Assembly (NCBI GenBank): GCA_951406725.2
Contig: OX597835.1
Coordinates: 50,158,001-50,222,000 of the forward strand
Direction of reading: 5' to 3'
Origin: Octopus vulgaris
Lineage: Eukaryota
DNA length: 64,000 nt
Part shown: positions 62,972-64,000 of the stretch, in pieces
Position numbering within the stretch: position 1 is the stretch's first letter
Layout: each line of letters begins with the position of its first letter
The notes under the pieces: model-generated
The model's input: the letters and a program-made list of their open reading frames with translations, nothing else
Databases searched by the model: none
What the model was told of the DNA's origin: nothing
Position numbers and translations under genes: made by a program

Positions 62972-64000
62972 ATACATAGATAGTAACATAAATACACATA
63001 TATATATACATATCACATACGAATACTTACATATATGAACGTATACATACATATATATGCACACGACCAGTTTAAATTGCCCGCCTATAACTCCTCACGC
63101 GATATGGTCAGAATATCAACTGCAGTAAATAGAATGATGAAATAAATATAAATTTATATAATTAAGGATATAATTGTTAATTTAATTATTGATCTTGGCC
63201 ACTTGTTAAGATCGATAATTAAATTAACGATCTTATCCTTCTGTATATATATAACAAAATCTCAATGTCTAATAGTATGTATGGGCAACAACTCTGGGAG
63301 TGTTCAGACGTTATCAAATCTCTTCAGCAAAGCACAGTTTTTGCCCTATTTGTCAGATTAATGAAAAGAGAATCACAATTAGCCAGTGTTCTATTGACTC
63401 ATTCAGCACTATTAATGTTCTTCGTTTAAACTGTTGAAATTGCTTGCAACCAAACCTGAAAATAGCATTTGTATGTGTATTGTTGATCCTTGATAAACTG
63501 CGTTAAAAGTGAGATAAAGTGTTATTTATCTACATATCTATCTAAAGATAAATAGTTTGCTACTTAGAGACGGGGACAAGACCTGTATTTAAAACACTGG
63601 ATGATGATGAGAAATGAGTATGAGAGATGGATTCACCGTACTTATTTACACATGACTTAGCATTTCACGGACATTAGCATTTTCCTAACCATTCACATTG
63701 ACATACGTGTAGCTTTCTTGAGCCTGAATGCAACAGGTAGTTGTGCAAAAGTACACGTGTACCCATGCATGTGTTTTGATATGTATAAGCGTTAGGTATA
63801 TGTAACTGAATAAAGCAGGTTTGATCACAAACACATATACACAATGCACACACTCGCGCGCGCACACACACACACACACACAACATATGGTAAATACACA
63901 CAGCCAAACAGCACACACATAACAATGACACAACTGCCAAACACATACAGTGATTACTAATGTAAGTACAAGAATTTGATTTAGAATACTTATTTTATCT

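Overview
AT-rich, microsatellite- and SINE-dense animal genomic DNA; the repeat landscape looks like an Octopus (coleoid cephalopod) genome, which is an inference. It holds three spliced protein-coding genes. (1) The last three exons of mitochondrial aspartyl-tRNA synthetase DARS2 (+, 2515-7062). (2) A complete 10-exon DNAAF5/HEATR2 dynein assembly factor (+, 20128-42327, 829 aa). (3) A small DPM2 gene (-, 49772-45754, 85 aa) that the ORF track largely misses; its probable non-coding 5' exons reach a CpG-rich promoter with an 8x32-bp GC-rich VNTR. Between and within the genes lie transposon remnants: a Tx1/L1-clade LINE inserted with a TSD into a non-autonomous LTR element, RTE, CR1, R4/Dong-like and CRE-like non-LTR fragments, hAT, Tc1/mariner, MITEs, several SINE families and a tRNA-Lys pseudogene. 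The most interesting observations are a canonical type-I hammerhead ribozyme (-, ~1995-2053), a second near-canonical one (-, 62914-62971) and several degenerate hammerhead-like motifs in TA-flanked Penelope-like elements. Also notable are an unidentified, highly base-paired ~220-nt RNA candidate (+, 55577-55800), an H/ACA-like candidate (61567-61771), and a SINE that shares its 3' tail with the Tx1 LINE. All alignments and foldings were done by eye; no database searches were run.
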